A DNA stretch of 60,301 bases from Candidatus Falkowbacteria bacterium (GTDB lineage: Bacteria > Patescibacteriota > Patescibacteriia > Patescibacteriales > WJLG01): the NCBI GenBank assembly GCA_963747695.1, contig CAVVFV010000002.1:1-60301 (forward strand), given 5' to 3'. The notes under the pieces are model-generated. The model had not been told where the DNA came from. It searched no databases and saw nothing but the letters and a program-made list of their open reading frames with translations. The stretch's first letter is position 1. Every line of letters begins with the position of its first letter. Of the stretch, positions 1 to 9,322 are shown piece after piece. A program made the position numbers and the translations under genes.

Positions 1-1
1 G

Positions 2-337
2 ACCGTGTTTGCCGATGAGGAGAAAGATGATTCAGAAAAAGAGGAAGCGGCTGCGCCCCAAGATGCTGAAACCGACGAAGAAGTCGAAGAAGAAACCGAT
101 CCGGTTGATCCGCCCGACGCCCCGACTGCCGCCGTTGCTGAAGCAGCAGCCGTTGAAACCGACGAATCAGCAGTCAGCGAGGAAACCGAAGAAGAAGCCG
201 AACCGGATTTTGAAGTTCCCGAAGAAACGGCAGAGCAGAAGCCGGCGGCGCCGAAAAAAAACAGAATTTTAAATTTGAAAAAAGGCAATAAATCTTTACC
301 CGACATCGAAGACGAAGGAATGTTCTTTTCCCGTTAG
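2..337 (+). CDS. C-terminal part of a highly acidic low-complexity protein (5' end upstream of window)
   Basis: The frame is open from the window edge to TAG 335-337. The translation is Glu/Asp/Ala/Pro-rich (EEEAEPDFEVPEETAEQKPAAPKK). No recognisable domain. Confidence 0.5.
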   Translation, partial: TVFADEEKDDSEKEEAAAPQDAETDEEVEEETDPVDPPDAPTAAVAEAAAVETDESAVSEETEEEAEPDFEVPEETAEQKPAAPKKNRILNLKKGNKSLPDIEDEGMFFSR

Positions 338-424
338 GTGATGGACCTTTTTTTGGGTAAGATAAAAGATAGTTAAATTTTAGGCTAATATTATTTATTA
401 GTGAGGAATTATAAGGTTATAATT

Positions 425-453
425 TTGACAAAAAACCTTAAAAGTGGTACTAT
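425..453 (+). promoter_or_regulatory. Sigma70-like promoter upstream of 499..846
   Basis: TTGACA (425-430), 17 nt, TACTAT (448-453). Confidence 0.5.
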
Positions 454-498
454 TTTACGAATAGCATATTTTCTTCTTTAAAAATATTTTTAAATTAT

Positions 499-846
499 AT
501 GAGTGACAATGATACGACAATTGATCTGGAGCCGGCCGATTTGGAAGCGGCGGCCAAGATCCAGGGCAGTAAACTGGGGATACTTTTGGCCGAATCGCTT
601 TTGCCGGATGAGCTGAAGGATGAACTGATCACCCTGAGCGAAAAAATGAGCGAGGAGCAGCTTGATGAATTGTCGGCCGTTTTAGAAGCTGAATTTTTAG
701 ACGAGGCGACCCGGGAGATCGACGAAAAATTCCAAAAGCGCTTGGAAAATTTGATGCTGAAATATCAAAGCGAAGATCAAGAAGATAAAAAAGAATGGGA
801 TAAACAAGCCGCGGCGATCGAATCGCTGGGCGACCAAAAAATATGA
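499..846 (+). CDS. Small acidic hypothetical protein (115 aa)
   Basis: ATG 499. The stop TGA 844-846 overlaps the ATG 843 of the next ORF (ATGA), implying translational coupling. Very acidic helical sequence with no signal peptide. Confidence 0.6.
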   Translation: MSDNDTTIDLEPADLEAAAKIQGSKLGILLAESLLPDELKDELITLSEKMSEEQLDELSAVLEAEFLDEATREIDEKFQKRLENLMLKYQSEDQEDKKEWDKQAAAIESLGDQKI

Positions 847-3800
847 CCAATAAAATAGATGCGAGTCAGCTTAATCAAACCGACGTTGCCGCGGAAGCGG
901 AAGTCGGCAAGATTTTTGCGCAGTACCAGCAAAGCACTGATGATGCCGCGAAACTCAAGCTTAAGTCCCAATTGAAAAAAGCGACCGGTCTGGATGAGGA
1001 TTTGGAGGCCTTGCTCGATGAGAGCGACACCGACTTGGAAGAAATAATGGAGGCGGTTAAAATGAAAAAAGATCTGGTGGCAAACTTTCAGAAAAAGTTC
1101 GGTTTGGCCGGGGGCGCGGAATTATTTGGCATTGCCGAGCTGGAAGGTAAGTTAGAGGAATGGACCACTAAAGCGCAGTTGAAAAAAGATGAATCCGTTA
1201 TTCCCTTGGAAATTCCGTCTCCGGCCAACGAAGCTTTGCCCGAGATAACCTCTAAAAATAAGGCAGAAATAGCTCAGCCAAACTCGACTGAAAAAAACGG
1301 AACGCTAGCCGATAAATTGATCGGTGATTTGGCCCGGCTGACCGCCAGTCAGGTTCCGGCGGAGCGGAAGCAAGCGGCGGAAATCTTATCTCATCTTTCC
1401 CGCGAGCAGACCGCGGCGATTCGCCCGAAATTGACCCCCGAACTCCGCAAACAGTTTAACGATTTCGAGGCAAAGGAATTTTCGCCGCGCGCTCCTCAAG
1501 CGGAAAAAAAGGAAACCAAGATCGACCAGCTGGTCGGCGATTTAGCCCGGCTGACCGCGAGCACAGTTCCGGTAGAGCGGAAGCAAGCGGTGGAAATTTT
1601 ATCCCATCTTACACCTGGTGAAGTTGCGGCGATGCGTCCGAAAATGACACCCGAACTACGGACTCAGGTTAATAATTTCGAAGTGAAGGAATTTTCTCAT
1701 CCTGCCCCGGAAAAGAAACCCAAAGCTAAGCTTTATCAAGTGAACAATACGCCCGGATTCGGCCGACAACCGGTAAAAAAGGAAAAACCGGACGCGCTGT
1801 TGGTTCAGGAGCGAGAGGCGATTGAGAAATTAGTCGGCAAGAGCAACGCAAAAAAATCGCGCCGGGATTATAATCCGGTCGACGATATCGTCAAAAAGTT
1901 GGACAAGCTGACCGAGTATGACGATCCTAAAAGCGATCGGGAAGCGGCTGAGATTATTAAACATCTGCTGCCGGAGCAGACCGCGCAACTGCCGGGAAAA
2001 ATGTCGCCGGAATTGATCAGAAGACTGATGTCGATTGAGGTTCCGCCGCCGGAATCGGCTCCCGCCCCGGAAAAAGGCCGCGAAAAAACTTCTGCCAAAC
2101 CGCGGACCAAAGCAGTGGAATATATCCGTTCTAAGCCGGCGGAAAAGCCGGTCGCGCCTGTCGGAGATACTGTTGCCCGAAAATCAGAAGCGGAAAAAAC
2201 GACAGTCAAACCGGAAAAGAAATCCTGGCAGCCGAAAGAGCACCACTGGTCAAGAGCCGAAATATTGGAAGTTGAGGCGATTAAAAAGCAGCGCCACGCT
2301 GATGAATTAAAAAAACATCTTTTGAAAACCGGCTTGGGGCTGGTCGCTTCTGTTGCCGGTTTAAAAACTTTTTCTGACTTGCCCGCCTACTTAAAAGACC
2401 AGCTTGGCGTTAAAGGAAATATTTTAGGCATCGGTCACGGCAAGGGTTTGGGCGGTTCGATCGAAGAATTGATGGCCGAGAGCCAAAAAGGTCACGCCAA
2501 AGGCCGGACGCAAGCGGATGAAGAGGGTTTTGCCAATGTTGAAATTAATTGGACTAAAGATCTTAACCAATCGCCGGTTATTCAGGCGATCAGGGATTTG
2601 GATAAAAGATTGGCGATGACCCGCGAAGGCAGCACTAAGAATTCTGAACAGCGTCAGTTGATCGCCAAGCTGCTGGCGGAAAATCGGCATAAAGAAATGC
2701 TCACCCGCGAAAAGCGGCAGCAAGAAATAAAAATAATTTTAGATGATTACACCACCACCAAGGTTACCGGCGTCCAGTTGACGCGCGATGTTTTGGATAC
2801 GGCCTGCGTGGCGATGACTATCCCCACCTATGGGGCGGCTTTGAAATTCAGATCATTGCTGTATATGCCGCTTTCGGCGCTGGATAAAGCCAATGAACTG
2901 AAAAAGAAAGCGCGGGTCGGCGCCCGAACCAGAGCCAATAATATCGATCAAAAAACCGGAACGGTGATGGGAGATAAAATGAGAGAAGAGATGGTGGCGC
3001 GGGCGGAAAAAAGGATGGGTTTGCTGGAGATGGCCAAGCGGAGCGCCAAGGAGACTTTTTTCAATCTGTTAAGAAAAGGAGAAGGCACCGGCTGGCAAAA
3101 GTCCATGAAACAGGCTTCGGCGATCGGGAATATTCTCCGTTTCGCCGGTATCGCCGCCACTTCATTTATTACGCCGGGCGGTTATGACAAGGCCGTCAAT
3201 CAAGTCCTGGAGGCATTGCGCCATTCGGAAACCTGGTCGCACGCCGGAAAGAATTTTCTGGAAGGCGCGATGAATCGCCTGACTTTCGGCGCCGCTTTCC
3301 ATGATCTGGCGACGGGAAAAACCGCCGCGGAATTGCCGTCGATGACCCACTCGGCCGGAACGGCGCCCCAGGGGGCGACCGGAAGTTTTGAGATGACTAA
3401 AAATCCGTCCGAGACCAATGCCGCTTACAACGCCGAACATTTGGCCGAAGCTCCGATTGGAAATAATGCGCATACGGTTTGGGTTGGATTGAAAGACCAA
3501 CTGATTGCCAAGTATGGCAAAGATTTTTCCGACTTGCCGAAAGATTCTCAGGATGAATCGATCCGGCTTTTGATCAACCGGATTTCGGCTGATCCGGAAG
3601 CCTATGGATTGCCGAAGGATTTGGATTACGCTAAATTGTCTCAGGAGCAGATCGATCAGATCCCTTGGGATAAAGTTTTGGCCGGCGAAGGAGAACCGAC
3701 CGCGGCCGTTCATAACCTGGGCAAGACTTTGGCCGAACCGGGCGATAATTTGAAAAATTTCGGCGGCGGGACGAGAGAATTGACGAACGAAGAAAGTTAT

Positions 3801-5564
3801 AATAATGCCGCGGATTTTTTTGAAAACAAGCGGATGAGCGATCGGCTGGCCGATCTTTCGGAAAAAGCTCGTCGTTGGCATGATGCATCGCTTCCGCCGG
3901 CTGAGAAGAATCGGATCATTGCGGAAATAAGCGAGATGAGAAAAACCGTGGAACGTCTGACCGGCGGCTTCTTGATCTATGATGATCGCAGCGGCGACTG
4001 GAATGTCCAGATGCCGGATAATCAGATCATCAATGTTTTTCACTCGCATTCGCCGTTGGCGATGAATGCGGCGGAGATTCAGGAAAATTTGCCGCCGGGG
4101 GAAGCGTCGTTTAACAATTTGACGGCGGACGAGGCGTCGCGGCTGGAAATAAAAATTCCGCCGCCGGGGCTGGAAGGGCACGAAGCGATTGCTCCGACTC
4201 ATCCTGAAGCCGGGCTTGAACAGCCGGCCGAGCCTGCCGCGCACGAAGCAGCGGCGAGCAATTCGGATGAGGACAGTTTCAGTAAAGCGATTCAGGATGC
4301 CGAGGCAAAAAAAGTTCCGGAAATTAATTTGGCGGATACCCAGAATATCAAAGGCGATTTGGCTGACGGGGAGATCGCCCGGCATTTAGCCGAGCGGCCA
4401 GGCGCGCTGACGCTTAATTTACAGAACGTGACTTCGGTTACTCCGGCCGCTTTGGAAGCGATGTGCGGGAAAACCAACGGCTATATAATTTTGACGGGGC
4501 TCGATGCGCATAAAATGAACGATGACGCTTACCAGGCTTTGGCGCACTTGAAGCAGAGTTGCACGGTCGGCACGAATGATGCGGTCGAAAAGGGTTTTGC
4601 CGCTTGGCAAAATGAGCATAGCAGTGCCGATCTTTGGGCAGTCGATGAGAATCACGTCCCCGCGCCCCACGAGCAAGCCGCTGCCCTTGCGGAAAATGCT
4701 CCGGAGATCCCGACCAAGGCCGCGGCCGACTTTGCCGCCCAGGCGCACGAAAATCCCTACGGAATTTTTCACGAGGTCAAACCGGATTTTGCCGATAAAT
4801 ATTCGCCGGCGCAGCAGGAAAATATTACCGCTTACCTCAATGCCGAGATCAAAGAAAGAAATGAGTTATTGAATGTGCTTAAGGAATATCAAGATAAATA
4901 TGGCGACCGGCCGGAGCAATTGGCCGCTTTCCGCCTCCTGTTGGAAAACCATGTTACCGAACAAAACAATAATCTGGAGGCTAACTTGAAAGGATTGACT
5001 GACCCGAATCAGGACTTCAGCCATAATTTTGAAAAATTATCCGGAGACCCGCTGGTCATGGCGCACGCCAATGCGGCGCACGAGGCCGAGAAACTGGCCG
5101 GGAAAGCCGGTCTGATCTTGCCGGGCGAGCAGGTCGGCAACAGCAGTGATGAATTGGCAGACCGGGTGGCAGCGCATGGCGGCCCCAAAGTGCTTACCGC
5201 CGCCGACCTCCATAAGATCGTCGGTTCACATGCGGAAGTTCGCGAGGAACACGGCGAAGTTAAAGGTAGCGGGGGAAATTATGAGGTTTTCACTGCTGCC
5301 GAAATGCGCGGCACCGGCGAAGAGAATCTGAATATGGAAGTGGTTAACAAACTGCATCTGACGCCGATGCAAATGGAAGCCTTGAAAACGGAATCGGATC
5401 GCCTGTCGGCCTTGGGGGCGGAGTTGGAAAAGCATGAACCCCGTTCCCCGGAAGCTTTGGCTATTATCAAGGTGATAAAAAATACGATGGAACAAGGGAA
5501 GAAAACATTCGGAACCGATGCAGTTTTTTCTCGAGCTGTCCGACAAGTGGCTGAAGTGGAATAA
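843..5564 (+). CDS. Giant hypothetical protein (1573 aa) with internal tandem repeats and an LRR-like module
   Basis: Uninterrupted 4.7-kb ORF. It has two ~71-aa tandem repeats (LxGDLARLTAS.VP.ERKQA.EILSHL...) plus a degenerate third. A module at nt ~4344-4610 is shared with the next gene. No signal peptide seen. Confidence 0.8.
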   Translation: MTNKIDASQLNQTDVAAEAEVGKIFAQYQQSTDDAAKLKLKSQLKKATGLDEDLEALLDESDTDLEEIMEAVKMKKDLVANFQKKFGLAGGAELFGIAELEGKLEEWTTKAQLKKDESVIPLEIPSPANEALPEITSKNKAEIAQPNSTEKNGTLADKLIGDLARLTASQVPAERKQAAEILSHLSREQTAAIRPKLTPELRKQFNDFEAKEFSPRAPQAEKKETKIDQLVGDLARLTASTVPVERKQAVEILSHLTPGEVAAMRPKMTPELRTQVNNFEVKEFSHPAPEKKPKAKLYQVNNTPGFGRQPVKKEKPDALLVQEREAIEKLVGKSNAKKSRRDYNPVDDIVKKLDKLTEYDDPKSDREAAEIIKHLLPEQTAQLPGKMSPELIRRLMSIEVPPPESAPAPEKGREKTSAKPRTKAVEYIRSKPAEKPVAPVGDTVARKSEAEKTTVKPEKKSWQPKEHHWSRAEILEVEAIKKQRHADELKKHLLKTGLGLVASVAGLKTFSDLPAYLKDQLGVKGNILGIGHGKGLGGSIEELMAESQKGHAKGRTQADEEGFANVEINWTKDLNQSPVIQAIRDLDKRLAMTREGSTKNSEQRQLIAKLLAENRHKEMLTREKRQQEIKIILDDYTTTKVTGVQLTRDVLDTACVAMTIPTYGAALKFRSLLYMPLSALDKANELKKKARVGARTRANNIDQKTGTVMGDKMREEMVARAEKRMGLLEMAKRSAKETFFNLLRKGEGTGWQKSMKQASAIGNILRFAGIAATSFITPGGYDKAVNQVLEALRHSETWSHAGKNFLEGAMNRLTFGAAFHDLATGKTAAELPSMTHSAGTAPQGATGSFEMTKNPSETNAAYNAEHLAEAPIGNNAHTVWVGLKDQLIAKYGKDFSDLPKDSQDESIRLLINRISADPEAYGLPKDLDYAKLSQEQIDQIPWDKVLAGEGEPTAAVHNLGKTLAEPGDNLKNFGGGTRELTNEESYNNAADFFENKRMSDRLADLSEKARRWHDASLPPAEKNRIIAEISEMRKTVERLTGGFLIYDDRSGDWNVQMPDNQIINVFHSHSPLAMNAAEIQENLPPGEASFNNLTADEASRLEIKIPPPGLEGHEAIAPTHPEAGLEQPAEPAAHEAAASNSDEDSFSKAIQDAEAKKVPEINLADTQNIKGDLADGEIARHLAERPGALTLNLQNVTSVTPAALEAMCGKTNGYIILTGLDAHKMNDDAYQALAHLKQSCTVGTNDAVEKGFAAWQNEHSSADLWAVDENHVPAPHEQAAALAENAPEIPTKAAADFAAQAHENPYGIFHEVKPDFADKYSPAQQENITAYLNAEIKERNELLNVLKEYQDKYGDRPEQLAAFRLLLENHVTEQNNNLEANLKGLTDPNQDFSHNFEKLSGDPLVMAHANAAHEAEKLAGKAGLILPGEQVGNSSDELADRVAAHGGPKVLTAADLHKIVGSHAEVREEHGEVKGSGGNYEVFTAAEMRGTGEENLNMEVVNKLHLTPMQMEALKTESDRLSALGAELEKHEPRSPEALAIIKVIKNTMEQGKKTFGTDAVFSRAVRQVAEVE
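1308..1733 (+). repeat. Tandem duplication (2 x ~213 nt, 71 aa) inside the giant ORF
   Basis: ggtgatttggcccggctgaccgcc at 1323 matches ggcgatttagcccggctgaccgcg at 1536, an offset of 213 nt. A degenerate third copy lies at ~1878-2075. Confidence 0.85.
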
Positions 5565-5615
5565 TATAAAAAAAGAGATCGTGGCGTGAAGATAACGGCC
5601 TAGCCGCCGTATTAA

Positions 5616-7430
5616 ATGAATTTTGTTATGTCCATCTTTGATAGAATATTCGGCCGGGGTTTTGGCAAGGCTGCCGCCGAGGCGGAGGCGCCGGAAAAAG
5701 AGCCGGTCGAGACAATTACTCCGAGCGGTAAGGCATTGCCAGCCGGAATGGAGCGACCGAGCAGGGAAAGCGAGGCGAAAAAAAAGGTTCGCAAGAATCC
5801 CGATGTTTTTTATTTGCATAAATCCGGAAAAAAGCTTTCGGTCGAAGAATTTGCCACCTACCGGGAGGCGATCCGCCAGCGCAATCGGCTGGATCTGAAA
5901 AAGATCCGCGAGGACTTGAAGATGTATCAAGCGCCGGAAGCGGAACCGGAAGAGGAACCGTCCTGGAATGTGCAGCCCGAAGAGATCGTTTTTGCCAAAA
6001 TTTCCGGAGGGGAAATTGAAGCCGGCTGGCAAGTGGATCAGGTCGAGGGCGGGACAGTATCGTTGTCCAGACGCGATCCGGCTGAACCGGAACGGAAGTT
6101 GGCGATGACAGCCACCCGGGAAGAATTGCAAAAAATAAACGAGCGGGGCAAGATTGATTTCCTCCAGGCGGAAAATTGGTCCGATTTATATAAATTGATT
6201 ATCCGTAACGGCATCGTGGCCGGAGCGACGGCGGAATATCGACCGAAAAAAATAAAAGCAATGGTTGACCGGGTCAGAAGCCGGAAATTAAGTCCGCGGA
6301 ATATCACCGCGGCGAATAATCTGCGCCAGGCAGTCGAGAATATTTTAGCCAAAGAACCGAAGTTTGAACGGCCTAAACCGGAGGTCATTGCCGTTGAGAA
6401 AAATCATCCCGTTGCCGCCGAAATTAAACCGGCCGGCATTATTGCAGCCGAGCCTAAAACTCCCGAAGTATTTGAAACGACCCCGGCTACTGCTGCGGTC
6501 GACGCGGAAAATTCTTTGCTGGAAAGGGCAAAGGAAGAAAATGAATTGAAAGCGTTGAAACTGAAAGATTTGGCCGCGCAGTCCGCCGCCCTGGACCAAG
6601 AGCTGGCCGCGGCGGCTCCGGTTACGGACAATCCGGATAATTTTTCTCCGGAAGAATTGAAAAAAATGCGCCACCTTGATCCGGGAAAAATGGCGGCGGA
6701 ATATTATAGCGTTCCGGAGAAAAAAATCGATACCGAAGCGATTGAAAGATCGGTCAGGGAACAGCGCGAGGCGAATGAAGCAGCCCTTCAGCTGGAGGAA
6801 GTTAAGGCCGAGCAAGCGCGGGCGGCTGAAGCGGCAGAAAAAAAACAGGCCGCAGCCAGAGCCGCGGAAGATTTGGCTTTCGTCAACGCGGCCAAGAACC
6901 GAGCAGCCGTCGAAGCCTATCAGCGTAGATTCGCGGTAACCGCGGCTGATCTGAAAAAGATCGAAGAGTTCGAGAAATTATCCCCGGAACAGCGGCTTTT
7001 TGTGGTGAAAGATTTGCGGCAGAATGTTTTTAGCCGTTTTGCGCAAAAAGCGGCCGCGAAACAAGCAGAGGCCGTAATTTTTCCGGCGGCTCATGAGGTC
7101 AAAGGAGATTTTGCCGACGCGAAGATCGCCGAACATTTGGCCAAGCAGCCGGGTTCGCTTGATCTGCGGAATGTCACCTCGCTTTCCAAAGAAGTATTGC
7201 AGGCGCTCTCGGGCAAGACTGATGAGGGTGTGATAAATCTGGTCGGGCTGAAAGCGGAAAATATCAGAGAAGAAACTCTCAGAGGCCTGGTCCAGCTGAA
7301 AACCGGATTTCTTCTGAACGACGAGGCGCTGCGGCGGATCGAGAAAATGGACCGGAGGAATTTAGTGGAAGATCCGACCCGGAATGCCAACGAAGAAAAA
7401 CGTCCGGCGGTTCCCATTGAAGAAAAATAA
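5616..7430 (+). CDS. Large Ala/Glu/Lys-rich coiled-coil-like hypothetical protein (604 aa)
   Basis: Long ORF. Its C-terminal segment EVKGDFADAKIAEHLAKQPGSLDLRNVTSLSKEVLQALSGKT... parallels NIKGDLADGEIARHLAERPGALTLNLQNVTSVTPAALEAMCGKT... in the preceding gene. Confidence 0.75.
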   Translation: MNFVMSIFDRIFGRGFGKAAAEAEAPEKEPVETITPSGKALPAGMERPSRESEAKKKVRKNPDVFYLHKSGKKLSVEEFATYREAIRQRNRLDLKKIREDLKMYQAPEAEPEEEPSWNVQPEEIVFAKISGGEIEAGWQVDQVEGGTVSLSRRDPAEPERKLAMTATREELQKINERGKIDFLQAENWSDLYKLIIRNGIVAGATAEYRPKKIKAMVDRVRSRKLSPRNITAANNLRQAVENILAKEPKFERPKPEVIAVEKNHPVAAEIKPAGIIAAEPKTPEVFETTPATAAVDAENSLLERAKEENELKALKLKDLAAQSAALDQELAAAAPVTDNPDNFSPEELKKMRHLDPGKMAAEYYSVPEKKIDTEAIERSVREQREANEAALQLEEVKAEQARAAEAAEKKQAAARAAEDLAFVNAAKNRAAVEAYQRRFAVTAADLKKIEEFEKLSPEQRLFVVKDLRQNVFSRFAQKAAAKQAEAVIFPAAHEVKGDFADAKIAEHLAKQPGSLDLRNVTSLSKEVLQALSGKTDEGVINLVGLKAENIREETLRGLVQLKTGFLLNDEALRRIEKMDRRNLVEDPTRNANEEKRPAVPIEEK

Positions 7431-7469
7431 AAAAAGACGGCTATTGAAGAAAATAAAAAAAAGACGGCT
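7416..7469. repeat. 27-bp tandem duplication spanning a stop codon
   Basis: attgaagaaaaataaaaaaagacggct (7416-7442) is followed by attgaagaaaataaaaaaaagacggct (7443-7469). Confidence 0.9.
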
Positions 7470-7485
7470 CGCGAGTCGTCTTTTT
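7462..7485. terminator. Bidirectional intrinsic terminator between convergent genes
   Basis: agacggctcgcgagtcgtct is a near-perfect palindrome. It is flanked by an A-run and TTTTT. Confidence 0.8.
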
Positions 7486-7489
7486 GTGA

Positions 7490-7930
7490 TCATTTTTTCG
7501 GAACCAGCCGCCAATATCTGGCCTGATCGATCAGAAAATAACCATCGGTTTTGGTGATCCGGCGCGGCGGCAAGAATTTTTGCCCGTTTTGATCGACGAG
7601 CTCAAGCCGCAGGAGATTGAATTCCAGGAATGTTCCGGAGCAGCTGTCATGGATGGCCGAGATAAGGAACGAGGTGTCAAGATAGGTCATTGCTAAGCCA
7701 TTGGGGCAAACCCGCAAGGCTTCGACGTTCATCCGGCTGAATCTACTCTCATAGAAATACGGCAGCCGTATTTCAACGTGGATCGAGTCCTCATTATAAT
7801 AGCCGGCTTTTTTGACTGAAAAATAAATGCCATCGCCGACTAGGCTGTCAGCTGGTTGGCAGTCGGATGATCCGGCCTGGGAAAGGAAGAACGGCCCGAG
7901 CAGGAACAGGTAAAGCAGGGAGAATTTCAT
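7490..7930 (-). CDS. Small secreted hypothetical protein (146 aa)
   Basis: ATG at 7930 is preceded by GGAGG (7936-7940). N-terminus MKFSLLYLFLLGPFFLSQAGSS looks like a signal peptide. The 224-aa version in the ORF track has no RBS. Confidence 0.7.
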   Translation of the reverse strand: MKFSLLYLFLLGPFFLSQAGSSDCQPADSLVGDGIYFSVKKAGYYNEDSIHVEIRLPYFYESRFSRMNVEALRVCPNGLAMTYLDTSFLISAIHDSCSGTFLEFNLLRLELVDQNGQKFLPPRRITKTDGYFLIDQARYWRLVPKK

Positions 7931-8084
7931 AACAACCTCCAGTGTTTTAAGGATCAGTTTAGGCGAAAAAGCTTTCCTCGAATACTCCCATATTAATAAA
8001 AAAAAGTCAAAATAATCTCTTGAGTGAAAAAAAATAAAAAGGCGACTTCGCAAAGCCGCCCCTTTTTCTCTGCCGGAATTCCGG

Positions 8085-8492
8085 TCAGTTTTTCGCGAAC
8101 AGATATCCTTTATGCCAGAAATGTCGGGCAAGGACGATGCAGTTCGCAGGATTGTTTCGGTCAAAGATCAATTCGGCGCTGTCGGGCGTTTCGGCAAAAT
8201 GGCGGTTAAGCATGGTCGCCAGATCAATGATCACTTCGGTGGTGTCGCCCAGCGGAAGCAGCGTATAAGAACTGTCTTCGAGCGTGACTTTTCCGGCCGG
8301 GGTGACAACCTCGAGCTGTAATTTATTGTGTTGATAAAGATGGGGGTTTTTCAGCGGGATACGGATCCACAAGATATTGGCGCTGTCGAAATTGACCGTG
8401 TCTTTGTGGGTGAAATGAATCACGTCGGCCGCGCTGACCATTGTCGGCAGGATTAACAGCATACTGATGAGCCCAAAGAGCGATTTAAACAT
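8085..8492 (-). CDS. Small secreted hypothetical protein (135 aa)
   Basis: ATG at 8492 is preceded by GGAGG (8497-8501). N-terminus MFKSLFGLISMLLILPTMVSA looks like a signal peptide. Confidence 0.7.
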   Translation of the reverse strand: MFKSLFGLISMLLILPTMVSAADVIHFTHKDTVNFDSANILWIRIPLKNPHLYQHNKLQLEVVTPAGKVTLEDSSYTLLPLGDTTEVIIDLATMLNRHFAETPDSAELIFDRNNPANCIVLARHFWHKGYLFAKN

Positions 8493-8653
8493 ACGACCTC
8501 CTGGTGGATTGTTGACGTTGAAAAGGGGAGTGACGGATTTAGACGATATCACGTTATCAAGGAAAAGTCAAGGATAACGAAATTGAACAATTGAAAAAAA
8601 TTGTAAATGGAAAAGGCAACCCGGGTGAGCTGCCTTTTTCGATGGATGGCTGT

Positions 8654-9073
8654 TTAGTTCTCCAGTCGCCAGTTTTTCCCCTTGACAAGAAGATCATTGA
8701 TATCCTCTCTAGAGAATATTTGCTCGGAAAAAATTGCGTCTTTTCGCTGTTTCGACCAGTTTCTCAATAGTCCGGTCAGGGAGAAGAAAAGGACTGTTGT
8801 GGGGTATTTATCCCCCTCGATTTTCGCAATCGCTCTGACTTTGATGGTTACGCCTTCATACTCGACAGCCACTTTTACGCTGTCGCTGTAGAATTTCGTT
8901 CCCGGGATTTCGGCGCGAATTCCGACCTGGTCTTTGATCTGAACGAAGCTGTAATGCGCTTCGAATCCATAAAAATACATCTTCGAATCCGAAAGCGAAA
9001 AATTATTCTCTTCTGCCGGCACTGTTGCCATTGCCGCTGAAACCAGCAATGCAAGGACGATAGAACGGAGCAT
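8654..9073 (-). CDS. Small secreted hypothetical protein (139 aa)
   Basis: ATG 9073 is preceded by GGGAGG (9080-9085). N-terminus MLRSIVLALLVSAAMATVPA looks like a signal peptide. Confidence 0.7.
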   Translation of the reverse strand: MLRSIVLALLVSAAMATVPAEENNFSLSDSKMYFYGFEAHYSFVQIKDQVGIRAEIPGTKFYSDSVKVAVEYEGVTIKVRAIAKIEGDKYPTTVLFFSLTGLLRNWSKQRKDAIFSEQIFSREDINDLLVKGKNWRLEN

Positions 9074-9183
9074 AACAAACCTCCCGTAAAATGTGGTTAA
9101 TATTGTTGTTTCTGGTTATTTTCAATGTTCATTTTCGCACTTCTATAATAGCATATTTTATATAAATTGTCAATAATAGCCGG

Positions 9184-9211
9184 TTGACACTAATGGCTGA
9201 TTTGCTATAAT
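9184..9211 (+). promoter_or_regulatory. Sigma70-like promoter of the MBL-fold hydrolase gene
   Basis: TTGACA (9184-9189), 16 nt, TATAAT (9206-9211). Confidence 0.65.
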
Positions 9212-9322
9212 ATTAGTAGGCAAAATGAGTGCCTCTTTTTCATTTATTATCGGTAAAATCGTGTCTAAATTTCATTCAACTTTTTAACCTTTAACTTTAA
9301 AACTTTATAAATTTATATCTAT

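Noticed and set aside
3162-4385. Long antisense or off-frame ORFs inside large genes (e.g. 3162-4385 minus, 5226-6131 minus, 10809-11657 minus, 20525-22012 minus, 27333-28478 minus, 31950-32924 minus, 42350-43360 plus, 57369-58271 minus)
   Set aside because: They overlap well-supported genes (giant ORFs, gyrA, pilB-like, A2M-like, uvrA, HK). Their translations are Arg/Gly/Phe-rich shadow-frame products and they lack RBSs.
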